47,007 nt of DNA from an uncultured archaeon. GTDB taxonomy: Archaea; Asgardarchaeota; Lokiarchaeia; Sigyniarchaeales; SOKP01. The notes beneath the pieces were generated by a model, which was given only the letters and a program-made list of their open reading frames with translations, did no database searches and was not told where the DNA came from. Positions 1 through 10,104 of the stretch are shown here, piece by piece; the stretch's first letter is position 1, and each line of letters starts with the position of its first letter. Location: positions 1 through 47,007 of the forward strand of contig CAZWEM010000038.1 of assembly GCA_964632315.1 (NCBI GenBank), given 5' to 3'. The position numbers were made by a program, and so were the translations under genes.

Positions 1-10
1 AAAGAATAAA

Positions 11-418
11 CTATTCTACTTTAAACCATAATGGACTCATATCTTTTACTAAGCCATTATAATTAACAGTAAGTTCTTCCCCTTTACCAATATTACGAAT
101 AGCTCTGAATTGAATTGCCTTGTTTTTATAATCGTACAAATATTTTAAGTTAGGTTTATAAGAGTGATTGATGAATTGACTCACACTAAACGTAATAGCA
201 TTTTTAAATTTTGGCATATGTTTTGGATCTTCCCAGATATAGCAGTAGTTAAAGAGCACTGTATTTCGTATTTTGGAGTACTCCTTATTAGGAATTAATA
301 CAATGTGAGCGAGGTCTACGAGGGTATTTCTTTTAATGTCTTTTTTAGCAAAGCCACCTCTTCCTTTAGTTTCAGAAATGTACTTCACTTCAATAAATTC
401 GTGCATAAAAAATATCAA
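11..418 (-). CDS. SET domain-containing protein (lysine methyltransferase-like); start may be the ATG at 406
   Basis: KGRGGFA N-terminal motif, FINHSYKPN and GEELTVNY are SET signature motifs. Confidence 0.9.
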   Translation of the reverse strand: MIFFMHEFIEVKYISETKGRGGFAKKDIKRNTLVDLAHIVLIPNKEYSKIRNTVLFNYCYIWEDPKHMPKFKNAITFSVSQFINHSYKPNLKYLYDYKNKAIQFRAIRNIGKGEELTVNYNGLVKDMSPLWFKVE

Positions 419-436
419 CCTTCATTTATGCAAAGT

Positions 437-1024
437 TTATTCTAAAGATGCATGTCTGTTATCAATATCCTTTTCTGTTACTCCTAATATATCCATTAAA
501 GTGCCTCCAATTGAATCTAAAACTGAAAGAGTTGAGATATCAAACAAACTCGTGTATGGAGCTAAAGTTCTTGTGGATATCGCTTTGTCTTTACTTTTCC
601 CTTTAACTTCAATGATACAATCAGATATATTTCCTATGGTACTTTTTGGATTTCCTGTAAGTAAAGCTATTTTTCCTCCAATAAGATTTGCTTTTTGAGC
701 AATTGCTACTGGAGAAGTTGTCTCTCCACTTCCACTTATTATAATAACCAAATCATTTTTTGTATATTGATGTGTAATAGCATCAGAAATAAAACAGGAA
801 TTAATTCCTAAATGCATTAATCTCTGAGCAAAACACCTTCCAACGAACCCGGATCGCCCTGCACCATACACAAAAACCTTATGATTGTTCTTATTAATCA
901 TAAGAATCAGATCAATTAATTCTAAAATGCGTCGAATATCAATTACGTTAGAATTTAATTTTAATTGGTCGATGATTTCTTGTAAAATCATTAAGAATCT
1001 TTCACTTCGATTTATCTCATTCAT
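437..1024 (-). CDS. phi: SIS-domain 6-phospho-3-hexuloisomerase-like protein
   Basis: VFVYGAGRSG, ISGSGET and C-terminal RHASLE match the PHI/HxlB family. Confidence 0.8.
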   Translation of the reverse strand: MNEINRSERFLMILQEIIDQLKLNSNVIDIRRILELIDLILMINKNNHKVFVYGAGRSGFVGRCFAQRLMHLGINSCFISDAITHQYTKNDLVIIISGSGETTSPVAIAQKANLIGGKIALLTGNPKSTIGNISDCIIEVKGKSKDKAISTRTLAPYTSLFDISTLSVLDSIGGTLMDILGVTEKDIDNRHASLE

Positions 1025-1036
1025 GACTATCTCCTC

Positions 1037-2290
1037 CTAATCTTCTTCCTCTGAAAATTTAGGGTTAACACATTTCCGCCATTGTGAAACCGTTTCTTTT
1101 GGTCCTAAACCAATTATCAAATCTCCTTCTTGAAATATAAATTCTGGTTTAAAGCTATAAATCCAAGTGTTATTTCTTTTAGCTGCGATAATATGAAAAC
1201 CTCGTTTATATCTTTTATCTTGTAATTGTTCATAAGTTTTGCCCTTAAAAAAAGATTCCGGTGATAAAGTTTCCCTTACTATGATTTCTTGAGTCTCTTC
1301 AATTGCCTTTTGAAGGATAGGGTGTGGTTCAAAGCCCTTTAAAATATTTTCTGCAATATGGGCTGCAGCATCAGCTATTTGTTCACATGAGAATACAATT
1401 CGCATTATTCCAGTTAAATCTCTTGGGGAGTCAAAATCGTGGGCAAAACCTAATAATCCCTTTTCGAACGATATGTTTAAACCGTCCATTAATTCTTCCA
1501 TTTCAAGTACGTCTTCAGCAACTTCGTAGTTATTAAGAAAGATTGAGGCTAATGATAATTCTATCATTGTTTCGGAAATATCCGTTATGTATATATAATC
1601 TTTTTTAAGCTCTTGAAGATATTCCAATAATTCAGGGTCTGTGAGATCATAAACAGATTCTGAATTATCACTTTTTAACTCGAATGAAATTGGATCATCA
1701 TCATATGCAAGTTTTTTAAGTTGACGTATTGGATCTAATTCACCTTTCACAATTAGAATATCATTCTCTCTCAGGATCTCTTCTTTATCAAAGCTCCATT
1801 TATCATCTCTTCTAATTGCGATAATATCTACTCCATAATTAGAGCGGAAATGAATATCGCGACGACATTGACCTATAAATTGACAGTTTTTCTTGACGCC
1901 TAGTTTCACAATTGGTTCAGGAACATCATGCCAAAACAATTGAGTAAACTCTTGAATGTCGCTATTTATATAAACTACCTTGGCAATATCAGCCAATGCA
2001 TCTGAAATTTTATCAATAGAATATCCCATTACCACAATAGGTTCTAAGGTTTTTGCTTCTTGAAACCCACCGACATGAGTTTGAACTATCTGTACATTAA
2101 GTAAAAATGTCAATTCATGAATTCTCCCTTCCATTTTCGAAACTTCATCAGCAATCTCTTTACTTCCAAATTTAATAGCGCTATATGCTAAGTCTATCAT
2201 CAAATCTATGCTTGACTTCATTTCCTTGATGATTTCTTTTAATGATAATGGAGTATACTTGAACTTTTTTTTTTTCTTGCTATTTGTCAT
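1037..2290 (-). CDS. Tandem (PhoU + TrkA-C/RCK_C) x2 regulatory protein
   Basis: Two PhoU-like helical units (LMIDLAYSA..DKISDA; TMIELSLAS..EQIADAA), each followed by a TrkA-C unit (GVDIIAIRR..DILIVKG; GFHIIAAKR..GDLIIGLG). Adjacent to MgtE-like genes. Confidence 0.8.
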   Translation of the reverse strand: MTNSKKKKKFKYTPLSLKEIIKEMKSSIDLMIDLAYSAIKFGSKEIADEVSKMEGRIHELTFLLNVQIVQTHVGGFQEAKTLEPIVVMGYSIDKISDALADIAKVVYINSDIQEFTQLFWHDVPEPIVKLGVKKNCQFIGQCRRDIHFRSNYGVDIIAIRRDDKWSFDKEEILRENDILIVKGELDPIRQLKKLAYDDDPISFELKSDNSESVYDLTDPELLEYLQELKKDYIYITDISETMIELSLASIFLNNYEVAEDVLEMEELMDGLNISFEKGLLGFAHDFDSPRDLTGIMRIVFSCEQIADAAAHIAENILKGFEPHPILQKAIEETQEIIVRETLSPESFFKGKTYEQLQDKRYKRGFHIIAAKRNNTWIYSFKPEFIFQEGDLIIGLGPKETVSQWRKCVNPKFSEEED

Positions 2291-2314
2291 TTACTTTTTT
2301 CAACCTTTTGAGAT

Positions 2315-2866
2315 TTAATTAAAAATATTTATAAACATAATAAGAGCTAGGGGAGTTAAGAAATCCAAGAGGGATGTTGTAAAAGGAATTAAAAAATTGT
2401 TAGGATCCTTTCCTCTTTTAAATAAAAATACTGAAGAAGTAAAAAGAAAGACAAACATTATTCCAAAAAGGATTATAATTGTTATAATGATAATTACCAC
2501 AATTAAAAAAGGATTAACTATTTGTATTCCAGTCATTAGTCCGATACTATATCCTAGTATTATTAAAGAAATCATACTTAATAAAATTGTAATTAAAAGC
2601 CCTAAAAAATCCTCTCTCAATCTTTCTGATTTTTGAATTTTGGGAGGTAAACTTCCAATGTAAAGATGAGAAGTTAGACGAGAAGTTAAAACTGTTGAGA
2701 TATCTCCAATCAACGAATTTAAAGAAGGAAGGACTAATAAGATTATAGGGAAACTATATAATATCGCATCATTAAATGAAAGAAATGTACCCGTAAAAAC
2801 ACCTATTATTGTCGACAATATTACTATGATAATTGATTCTTTGAATATCTTTTTAAAATACTCCAA
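2315..2866 (-). CDS. MgtE-family divalent cation transporter membrane subunit
   Basis: About five TM helices; GDISTVLTSRLTS and GKDPNNFLIPFTTSLLD motifs; TTG start preceded by SD-like GGGGTG. Confidence 0.85.
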   Translation of the reverse strand: MEYFKKIFKESIIIVILSTIIGVFTGTFLSFNDAILYSFPIILLVLPSLNSLIGDISTVLTSRLTSHLYIGSLPPKIQKSERLREDFLGLLITILLSMISLIILGYSIGLMTGIQIVNPFLIVVIIIITIIILFGIMFVFLFTSSVFLFKRGKDPNNFLIPFTTSLLDFLTPLALIMFINIFN

Positions 2867-3418
2867 TTAGGGCACCCCCAAAATAATAATTGTAATATAA
2901 AAGCTTAAAACCGTAGAGAAATCACCAATCGCAGTCATGATTGGACCAACCACATTATTAGGATCTAATCCGTATTTAAAAGCAAATATGTTCAAAAGAG
3001 TGGAACATGGTACTGTAATCAATAGTGTCATTAAAATAGAAATGATTGGTAAAAAAAATAGGGTAATAAGTTTTAATTCCAATCTTATAAAAAATGTATT
3101 AAGTAGGATCGCAGCAATTCCAATTATGCTGGATGTTGTTAAAGATAAACTTAATGTTGCTAGTGCATTTTCAAGCCATGATCTAAAATTAAACTCTCCA
3201 ATAATGATATCTCTTGAAGTTCTGGCAATGAATGGTCCACTAACATTTCCACGCATTGAAAGTAATGCGGGAATAATGAGTATTAGAATTGGAAAACTTG
3301 AAAAATTTAAAATTAAGATTGATAGAATGGTACCACCAAGAAGATCTCCAATAATTGAGACAATTTCTGAAGGAAATACTTCTCTAATAACCTTTCCTTT
3401 AGAATCTTGCTTTTCCAT
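2867..3418 (-). CDS. MgtE-family divalent cation transporter membrane subunit
   Basis: PALLSMRGNV and GLDPNNVVGPIMTAIGD MgtE motifs. Confidence 0.85.
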   Translation of the reverse strand: MEKQDSKGKVIREVFPSEIVSIIGDLLGGTILSILILNFSSFPILILIIPALLSMRGNVSGPFIARTSRDIIIGEFNFRSWLENALATLSLSLTTSSIIGIAAILLNTFFIRLELKLITLFFLPIISILMTLLITVPCSTLLNIFAFKYGLDPNNVVGPIMTAIGDFSTVLSFYITIIILGVP

Positions 3419-3681
3419 AAGTTATCATCATCAATATTTGAAGATTTAGAACTATTACTTTCACTCATCCTTCTAAATTTTATTAAACATCAAGCCTATA
3501 TAAAGTTTTTTTATTAAGTTTTGATTTATAATATATTCATATTTAACTTTCATTAAATCCTTCAGAAGTCGACTCTGACTTAGATTTTAAGAGTTTTCTC
3601 CGCTGGAATTAGGTATGCCTAATTATATAACCAAAAATAAGAATTTAATCTAACTAAAAAAAAAAATAAAAAATTTTTAAA

Positions 3682-4443
3682 TTATTTTATTTTAGAGCCA
3701 CATTCAGCACAATAAGAACCATAATCTGATGCTTTGGCTCCACACATTGGACAAAAGTTACCTATTTCTGAATTCTCTTGAGATATAACCACACTCGAAG
3801 AACGTGAGTTTGAATTAACTACTTGTACTACTTGTTCGACCGGATTTGGTATTGTAATTTGACTTAGTTTACTAAGTTTAAAGTATCCAACTATCCTGAA
3901 AATGAACCCAATTATTATAGTAATACCAAACATGAAAAGGCTATAAAGTAATGCACTGGTTTCAAGATTATCGACACCTTCAACTGTATCCCTTAATATT
4001 AGACTTGGAAGCATTTTTTCATTTTCTTTTAAAAATAAATTCAAGTTTTTCCATGCATTTTTCTCAGTCGCGAATGATGAAATCATCAAAATAAAGCCCA
4101 TAAGCAATAATAAAGCACCTATTAGGATTGTGATATAAATTCTCTGAAAAGGTACTAATAATCCAACTGCAATAAAAATCCCTCCTGGAATTAGGCTAAA
4201 TAGCGCAAGAAATCCTCTTGTTATTGATGAAACCATTTTTGACCGATATAACTCAAGAGCTTGATCATTCAAGGAGTAATTGATTAGTTTAATATTTTTT
4301 AAAGCATTATACATAAACACAAGATAAAGTATTAAAGCAATAGGGCCGATAGCGGGGATTAAAGAGATTAGCATAAATATTGCTACATTTTGAATGTTCT
4401 TTCCAAATTCTCGGAGCTCCACATAAACAGAATTATTCCACAT
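3682..4443 (-). CDS. Membrane protein with C-terminal zinc ribbon
   Basis: Several hydrophobic helices; C-terminal CPMCG..YCAECG. Confidence 0.75.
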   Translation of the reverse strand: MWNNSVYVELREFGKNIQNVAIFMLISLIPAIGPIALILYLVFMYNALKNIKLINYSLNDQALELYRSKMVSSITRGFLALFSLIPGGIFIAVGLLVPFQRIYITILIGALLLLMGFILMISSFATEKNAWKNLNLFLKENEKMLPSLILRDTVEGVDNLETSALLYSLFMFGITIIIGFIFRIVGYFKLSKLSQITIPNPVEQVVQVVNSNSRSSSVVISQENSEIGNFCPMCGAKASDYGSYCAECGSKIK

Positions 4444-4604
4444 TTTTTTATCACATTAAATATTTTTTATCTATATTAATTTCAAGAAAAGAGCTTTATG
4501 TTTTATTTGGAGTCCAATTTTTGATAAAAGAAGGCAAACCCAATGAAAATAAAATACTGGTAAATATGGAGGGATATAAAGAGAAAAGTAAAAAAATATA
4601 GAAG

Positions 4605-4715
4605 TTATGAACTAATTAGCAGAGATTTATCTTCTTCGAATTTAAATACAACTTTAGCTGTAGCAGCTCTCATACCTAAATTCAAAATTGGAAATTCAAG
4701 ACTAAGCCCTATATT
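4605..4715 (-). pseudogene. Decayed fragment paralogous to the small gene at 11357-11653
   Basis: Manual translation NIGLSLEFPILNLGMRAATAKVVFKFEEDKSLLISS*; 15/20 aa identical to NFGTSAAIAKVVFKFEEDES at ~11.5 kb. Confidence 0.7.
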
Positions 4716-4880
4716 TTACTGATTTATTCGATTTTATTTCTAAATATTAACCTTAACTTAGAATTTTAACTTCAATAAAAATATTAACATGTAGTAACAT
4801 CAATAACTTATATATTCATAACTTAAGAATTAATATTAAGGAATTGTGAGGTTTAACAAAACTTACCAAATATAGTATAA

Positions 4881-6311
4881 TTGCTTTTTGAATTAAGTCG
4901 AATAAAAATTATGATTCAAATAAAAGTACCAAAAAAAAATTGCATAATACTGTTCTTAATTTGTTTTAGTTATTTTATGGATCCTCAGCTCAGTAAGAAA
5001 GTTATTTATATTAATAATAATAATCAAATCCTTAAAACTAATGTTGATTATTCTGAAATTTCTAATAATGGAGTAATTTCTTCTGAAGGAAACGATATTT
5101 TTTGGTTTATCCAAATTACAGACACACAATTTGTTTGGCTAAATCAAAAAAATCTGGAAATGTTTAATAGATTCCTTAATGAAACGAATAACGTTATTAA
5201 TCCACTTTTTATAATTAACACTGGAGATATAGTCGATGCTGATATGGGAAGACATCAAAATAGTGAAGAATGGCAAAAATATAACGAGACATTAACAGCT
5301 AATAATATTAATTCATCATCTTATATCGATTTAGTTGGAAATCACGATGGGTCTGAAGACCCTCAATATGAATACTTTCTCAATTACTCTATGACAGGAA
5401 GTGAATATAAAACTACTCAAGTTTCTTTTAATCATTCGTTTGCTTTTGGAAATTATGCTTTCATTGGACTCAATACCGCGAAGGATTCATATAGTAATCT
5501 TCTTGAATTTGCTTTTACGGGGTCCTTAAATACAAAAGAATTAGATTGGTACGAGAAGGAACTAATAAGGTACAAAAAATACGATGAAATTTTTATTTTT
5601 GGGCATCACCCCCCTTTCTTTTCTCCATACTATAAAATTATTTCTAATCTAAGCTCAACTGGTAAATCTTTTTTTGATCTAAATAGTGAATTTAATGTTA
5701 AATACTATTTTTGTGGTCATATTCACCAAAACTATATCGAAAAAAGAGAGGGTTTGACAACGATAATAACAGATAATTTCGATGATAATAATGGTACATA
5801 TAGAATTGTTGCAGTAAGTCAAAATCAAATCTCAACTTCAATTGAAAATGTAGGAAAATGGCCAAAAGGAATAATTATTTGTCCAACAGATTGTAACCTC
5901 TATGATCCTCAATATAAGTTAGAAAGCCCTGAAATTCAAGTTCTTGCTTGGGATCCTAAAGGAGTGATTAATGTAGAGTGGTGTGCGTATCTAGAAGATG
6001 GAATATTATTTAAAAACTGGAGTTCTTTAAATAAAAATGCTAATGAAGATTCTTTATGGGAAGGAGAGATTTCTAGAGGTTTAAAAGATAATAAAAACTA
6101 TGTCATCAAGGTAAGAATTACAGGTGAATCCGCTCAAGTTATAAGAAAAATTATATATAGCCCTCAAAAATACACTAATTATGAGATAATAATAATGATT
6201 TTTATAAGTTCGTTTATTGGAATCGTTTCAATCTTTATTATCATCATTCTTCGCTCAAAAAAACTGAATTTTGCACATATCCTTCGAAATTTAAGTAAAA
6301 AAAATAATTGA
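4881..6311 (+). CDS. Membrane-anchored calcineurin-like metallophosphoesterase (TMEM62-like); likely start ATG 4911
   Basis: QITDTQ, TGDIVD, GNHD, FGHHP and CGHIH metallophosphoesterase motifs; N-terminal hydrophobic segment and C-terminal TM helix. Confidence 0.85.
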   Translation: MLFELSRIKIMIQIKVPKKNCIILFLICFSYFMDPQLSKKVIYINNNNQILKTNVDYSEISNNGVISSEGNDIFWFIQITDTQFVWLNQKNLEMFNRFLNETNNVINPLFIINTGDIVDADMGRHQNSEEWQKYNETLTANNINSSSYIDLVGNHDGSEDPQYEYFLNYSMTGSEYKTTQVSFNHSFAFGNYAFIGLNTAKDSYSNLLEFAFTGSLNTKELDWYEKELIRYKKYDEIFIFGHHPPFFSPYYKIISNLSSTGKSFFDLNSEFNVKYYFCGHIHQNYIEKREGLTTIITDNFDDNNGTYRIVAVSQNQISTSIENVGKWPKGIIICPTDCNLYDPQYKLESPEIQVLAWDPKGVINVEWCAYLEDGILFKNWSSLNKNANEDSLWEGEISRGLKDNKNYVIKVRITGESAQVIRKIIYSPQKYTNYEIIIMIFISSFIGIVSIFIIIILRSKKLNFAHILRNLSKKNN

Positions 6312-6353
6312 AAATTAGATATCCAAAAACAAATCTCAAAAAATAAAATTACA

Positions 6354-7976
6354 ATGTCGCTTTGGAAAAAAATAGCAAAAAACGAATTTCGGCTGGCTAC
6401 TTATCGCTTCAGGAAAAATAGAAGACTTTTTTTTCTTTATTTGATTTCTGGCTTTACTTATTGGGGTTTTTATTTTGGTCCAAACTTGTTAAATATTCTC
6501 CTTCCTCAATTTTTAAGTTATTATGCTTATCTTTATGCAGATGTTTTAGTTTTGTATTTTGAATATTTTTTCGCTCTTATTTTTCTTTTAAACATATTAC
6601 TTCCATTATACAACTTATATCAAAAAAAGGAAAATAAAGTGAAAGAAATTATTTTGAAGTTGCCCATTAAACCTAAAGACATCTTTCTTGGAAAATTTGT
6701 GTGGAAAATACCGTTTTATATCCTATTTGTATTGTTTATTGGTCCATTCTTTACCAGTTTGTTAGGTCAGTTAAGGGAGTTAACTCTTTTTCATATCATT
6801 ATTATCTACTTATGTATTTTTGCACTTTTAATCTTTAGTCAATTAATTGGAATTGTAATTTCAAATTTTGTAGATTATAAATTAAGTAATAGTCAAAAAG
6901 CTTTGAATTTTCGTAAAATAAGAATCCTAGCAATTGCTTTAATCCTAATAATAATTTACTTTTTGATTCGATTTTTAAGTACTTTATACTTTTCTTCACC
7001 AGAATTACGAAATTGGCTCATTATTTTCCCATCTTTTTGGTATTCCACTATAATAATCTATCTAATTTACCCTACGATGGCATCATTAAATATTTATAAT
7101 ATTTGGATAATAATTTTTCTAGCAATCGCTATTCCTATCATAATATTTATTTTCACTTATAAGAATTCTAATAAGTTTTATGTTGTAAGAAGAGAAAGTA
7201 ATTTATTAGGATTAAATACAGAAAAAAGTAGATCTTTTTATAACCTTTTAAGAAAAATTACATTAAAAAAATGGAGGGGATTGGTACAAACCCATTTTAA
7301 AGAATTTTTCAGAAATGAAGATTATATGTTAAAGTTTTTTTATACTATTATCATAAATGTAATTTTCGGAGTCGTTCTGGCATTATCTCTTAGTCAATTC
7401 GAGTTTGAAGTTATCAATGACTTACAAATATATAAGATTTTAGAAATTGTAATAATATCTTGGATTGGAAGCATTTTATTTGGTACAATGTCAGGTGCGT
7501 ATATCTTTTTTGAGTCAAAAAGCTTGTTAATCACTTATAAGAAATCATTAAGAGGTCCAAAAGCATTAATTTATTCGATTTTTTACTTTTTGATTTTCTT
7601 AATTGTTTTAATTGATCTAGTATCTGTAAGTGTGTTTACATTTATCTTTAATTTAGATATATTTACGGTTTTAATTTTTATTTTAGTTTATTTTTTTTTA
7701 AACCTAATAATTACTGTAGAAATGATCGGGATTCAATGCTTAAAACCTGTATTTAAAGATAGAAAATCCATAACTATGATAAATGCATATATTTTGATCC
7801 TCTTACAAGTAATTTCATTGTTTCTCTCACTTCTCCTTTTTATTCCAAATGTATTTGAGGATTTAACTCCAAGTTTGGCATTATTATTCATATTCCTAAT
7901 TCATTTTGGTATATCTTCAGGAATAGGAAGTTTATTATTTTTTGTTGGAATTAAAAGAATAAACAAGTATGAATGA
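6354..7976 (+). CDS. Polytopic membrane protein, probable ABC-2-type permease
   Basis: Many TM helices in two halves; IAKNEFRL, LPIKPKDIFLGK and PSFW motifs typical of ABC exporter permeases; ABC ATPase at 10514. Confidence 0.65.
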   Translation: MSLWKKIAKNEFRLATYRFRKNRRLFFLYLISGFTYWGFYFGPNLLNILLPQFLSYYAYLYADVLVLYFEYFFALIFLLNILLPLYNLYQKKENKVKEIILKLPIKPKDIFLGKFVWKIPFYILFVLFIGPFFTSLLGQLRELTLFHIIIIYLCIFALLIFSQLIGIVISNFVDYKLSNSQKALNFRKIRILAIALILIIIYFLIRFLSTLYFSSPELRNWLIIFPSFWYSTIIIYLIYPTMASLNIYNIWIIIFLAIAIPIIIFIFTYKNSNKFYVVRRESNLLGLNTEKSRSFYNLLRKITLKKWRGLVQTHFKEFFRNEDYMLKFFYTIIINVIFGVVLALSLSQFEFEVINDLQIYKILEIVIISWIGSILFGTMSGAYIFFESKSLLITYKKSLRGPKALIYSIFYFLIFLIVLIDLVSVSVFTFIFNLDIFTVLIFILVYFFLNLIITVEMIGIQCLKPVFKDRKSITMINAYILILLQVISLFLSLLLFIPNVFEDLTPSLALLFIFLIHFGISSGIGSLLFFVGIKRINKYE

Positions 7977-7999
7977 ACCTAAAATTTTTTTGTTATTAA

Positions 8000-8257
8000 T
8001 TAAGATGCTCTTTTTTTCTTTTTTCTATAAATGTAATCAATCACATAAGGCACAATTAAAAATAATATTCCATACGGATTAGATATAAAACTGGAAGATA
8101 TACGATAAGATAAATCAGTAGGATTATATTTAAATATATAAAACAACAAAAATAAATAGGCAGCAAAACCAAATAGTACTAATAAATAATCGGCTTTCAT
8201 CTTCCATAAAATTCCTGAAAGAATTAAAATAAAAAATATTGCGTTAAGATACTCCAT
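8000..8257 (-). CDS. Small membrane protein
   Basis: 85 aa, hydrophobic helices, basic C-terminus. Confidence 0.55.
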   Translation of the reverse strand: MEYLNAIFFILILSGILWKMKADYLLVLFGFAAYLFLLFYIFKYNPTDLSYRISSSFISNPYGILFLIVPYVIDYIYRKKKKRAS

Positions 8258-8304
8258 TCTTGTATTGATTGTAGGTAGTTTAAAATATAATAAAAAAAAA
8301 TAAA

Positions 8305-10104
8305 TTAAAATTTAATATGTTTTTTCTTAATTGAAGTTACTATTATCCCTATTGACAATAGGAGAATACCACTAAATACTAATAAAGGATAACCTGGAAT
8401 TATCTCCGGTTCAGTTGTTGTAGTTTGTAACTCAATAGCTGCAACTTCTTGATCATTATAGTCTAAACGAATATGATCGAGTACGCCTTTACTATTCCAA
8501 TTCATATCAAAAGTTATATCTTTGTTGACATCTGGTACATTATATACATAATTTGTGTCAATTCCACTCCAATCATAACCTTTTCCTATAAATAAGCTAC
8601 CAGTTGATAAGAACTGCTCAATTAAAGCTCCTTCATCTATAGGAAATGTCGTTGGATCTAATACGTACATTTGATAATACTGGAAAATATTTAATCCAAT
8701 TAAATCCGTTAAATTTGTCCAATCGCTCATTTCAACTTTAATCTGAAAGGTAACATTTATGGGTACTCCTTTAGGTCCTCCAGGAATCAACTCTAACTCA
8801 TCACCGATATGATCTATTATTGCTTTAAGACTAAATTTTTGAAACCCTCCCAATAGTTCAAACTGGTAAAGATAGGTATCAACTTGTACCAGAAATTGGT
8901 TAAACATCAGTTGAGCCTGAGAAATATAATAGGACCTTAATTCATCTATTGATAAACTCATCCAATTTTCAGGAAAATATGAGCTGTACGTTGAATTAAT
9001 GGCATATAACATTGCAGATACTTGTTCTTTTAATAGATCATTTATAGGTATAGATCGTTGGTCAGGTGGTACCATTGTGGCAAAATTGGAAATTGTCATA
9101 TTAATAAGGTAGCTCATATCTACTGAATATAAATCGAAAGGCACGGTACTATTTAAAGCCTCAAAAAATGCATCTAAAGTATAAGAAAGATTATAATCTT
9201 GATATCCTTGAAATATTATTGGAAATACTAATTCTGGTATCGATAATTCGTCCCAATCACCTGGTATTAGCCCACCTAAAGAATAATTTAAACTCTGAGC
9301 ATAACTTTCAAAAATCGAAAAAATGTCATATCCTGAAGTCATATTTTCGATTTGATCTATTAATGTTTGCGGAAGAATTGGAAACATGTTTTGTACCAAA
9401 TCAGGTAAATCCATATATAGCCAGTTAAGAGGGACCATACCAGGAAGTAGAGTCGTATTGATAAAATCAAATATATTTCCCATATAAAGCTCGATAAGAC
9501 TAGAAATCGTCATATCCTCCCAACCTACGGGTAAAACATCTATAGAGAAAGTGTCATCGATAGTATTGATTATCAATTCTAAAATTTCTGATAAACTATA
9601 ATCCTCAAATCCTGGAATAGTTTTATTTAAACCATCTATTACATGATCGAAAAAATTAACGATACTATCTGATTTCCATTCATCAGGAATTGCTCCCGAT
9701 AAGATAGTAGCGTTAAATGTTTCTACAGATTTGTCAATTGAATTTTCCATAAATGCTGATATGTTAAGCATTTTCCAATCATCAGGAATTAATCCAGGAG
9801 CAAAAAGATTGTTTATCATGTTAACATAATCATCGTAAGCCAATAAAATGGCTTCAGAAGCATTCAAATTTGTATAATCTCCTAAATCAGTTGTTGAAAT
9901 ACTTTCTATTGTATCGTTAATTAAAGTTATACAATCGTTTTTTAAAGAATATACACCATCTTTATTTAAACCTAAATCCCAAATATATTCTTCGCCTTCG
10001 GAAATACCAACATAACTAGATTCTTGTGCAACAATGAAATTTCCAGAGCAAACAAATAAAAAAATACTTACTAACACATAACCGACAATTTTGATTTTCT
10101 TCAT
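8305..10104 (-). CDS. Secreted/surface protein with internal repeats and PGY-TM-basic C-terminal sorting signal
   Basis: Signal peptide MKKIKIVGYVLVSIFLF..; acidic composition with many N-x-S/T sequons; ends TTTTEPEIIPGYPLLVFSGILLLSIGIIVTSIKKK. Confidence 0.8.
   Translation of the reverse strand: MKKIKIVGYVLVSIFLFVCSGNFIVAQESSYVGISEGEEYIWDLGLNKDGVYSLKNDCITLINDTIESISTTDLGDYTNLNASEAILLAYDDYVNMINNLFAPGLIPDDWKMLNISAFMENSIDKSVETFNATILSGAIPDEWKSDSIVNFFDHVIDGLNKTIPGFEDYSLSEILELIINTIDDTFSIDVLPVGWEDMTISSLIELYMGNIFDFINTTLLPGMVPLNWLYMDLPDLVQNMFPILPQTLIDQIENMTSGYDIFSIFESYAQSLNYSLGGLIPGDWDELSIPELVFPIIFQGYQDYNLSYTLDAFFEALNSTVPFDLYSVDMSYLINMTISNFATMVPPDQRSIPINDLLKEQVSAMLYAINSTYSSYFPENWMSLSIDELRSYYISQAQLMFNQFLVQVDTYLYQFELLGGFQKFSLKAIIDHIGDELELIPGGPKGVPINVTFQIKVEMSDWTNLTDLIGLNIFQYYQMYVLDPTTFPIDEGALIEQFLSTGSLFIGKGYDWSGIDTNYVYNVPDVNKDITFDMNWNSKGVLDHIRLDYNDQEVAAIELQTTTTEPEIIPGYPLLVFSGILLLSIGIIVTSIKKKHIKF

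Noticed and set aside
2864-2869. Read-through of the single TAA between the in-frame MgtE halves
   Set aside because: An SD-like GGGGTG lies 6 nt before the TTG, so ordinary coupled re-initiation suffices; TAA is rarely recoded.
3560-3630. Two short palindromes (TCAGAAGTCGACTCTGA; AATTAGG-tatg-CCTAATT) as a tRNA or C/D sRNA
   Set aside because: No cloverleaf and no C box; short symmetry alone is insufficient.
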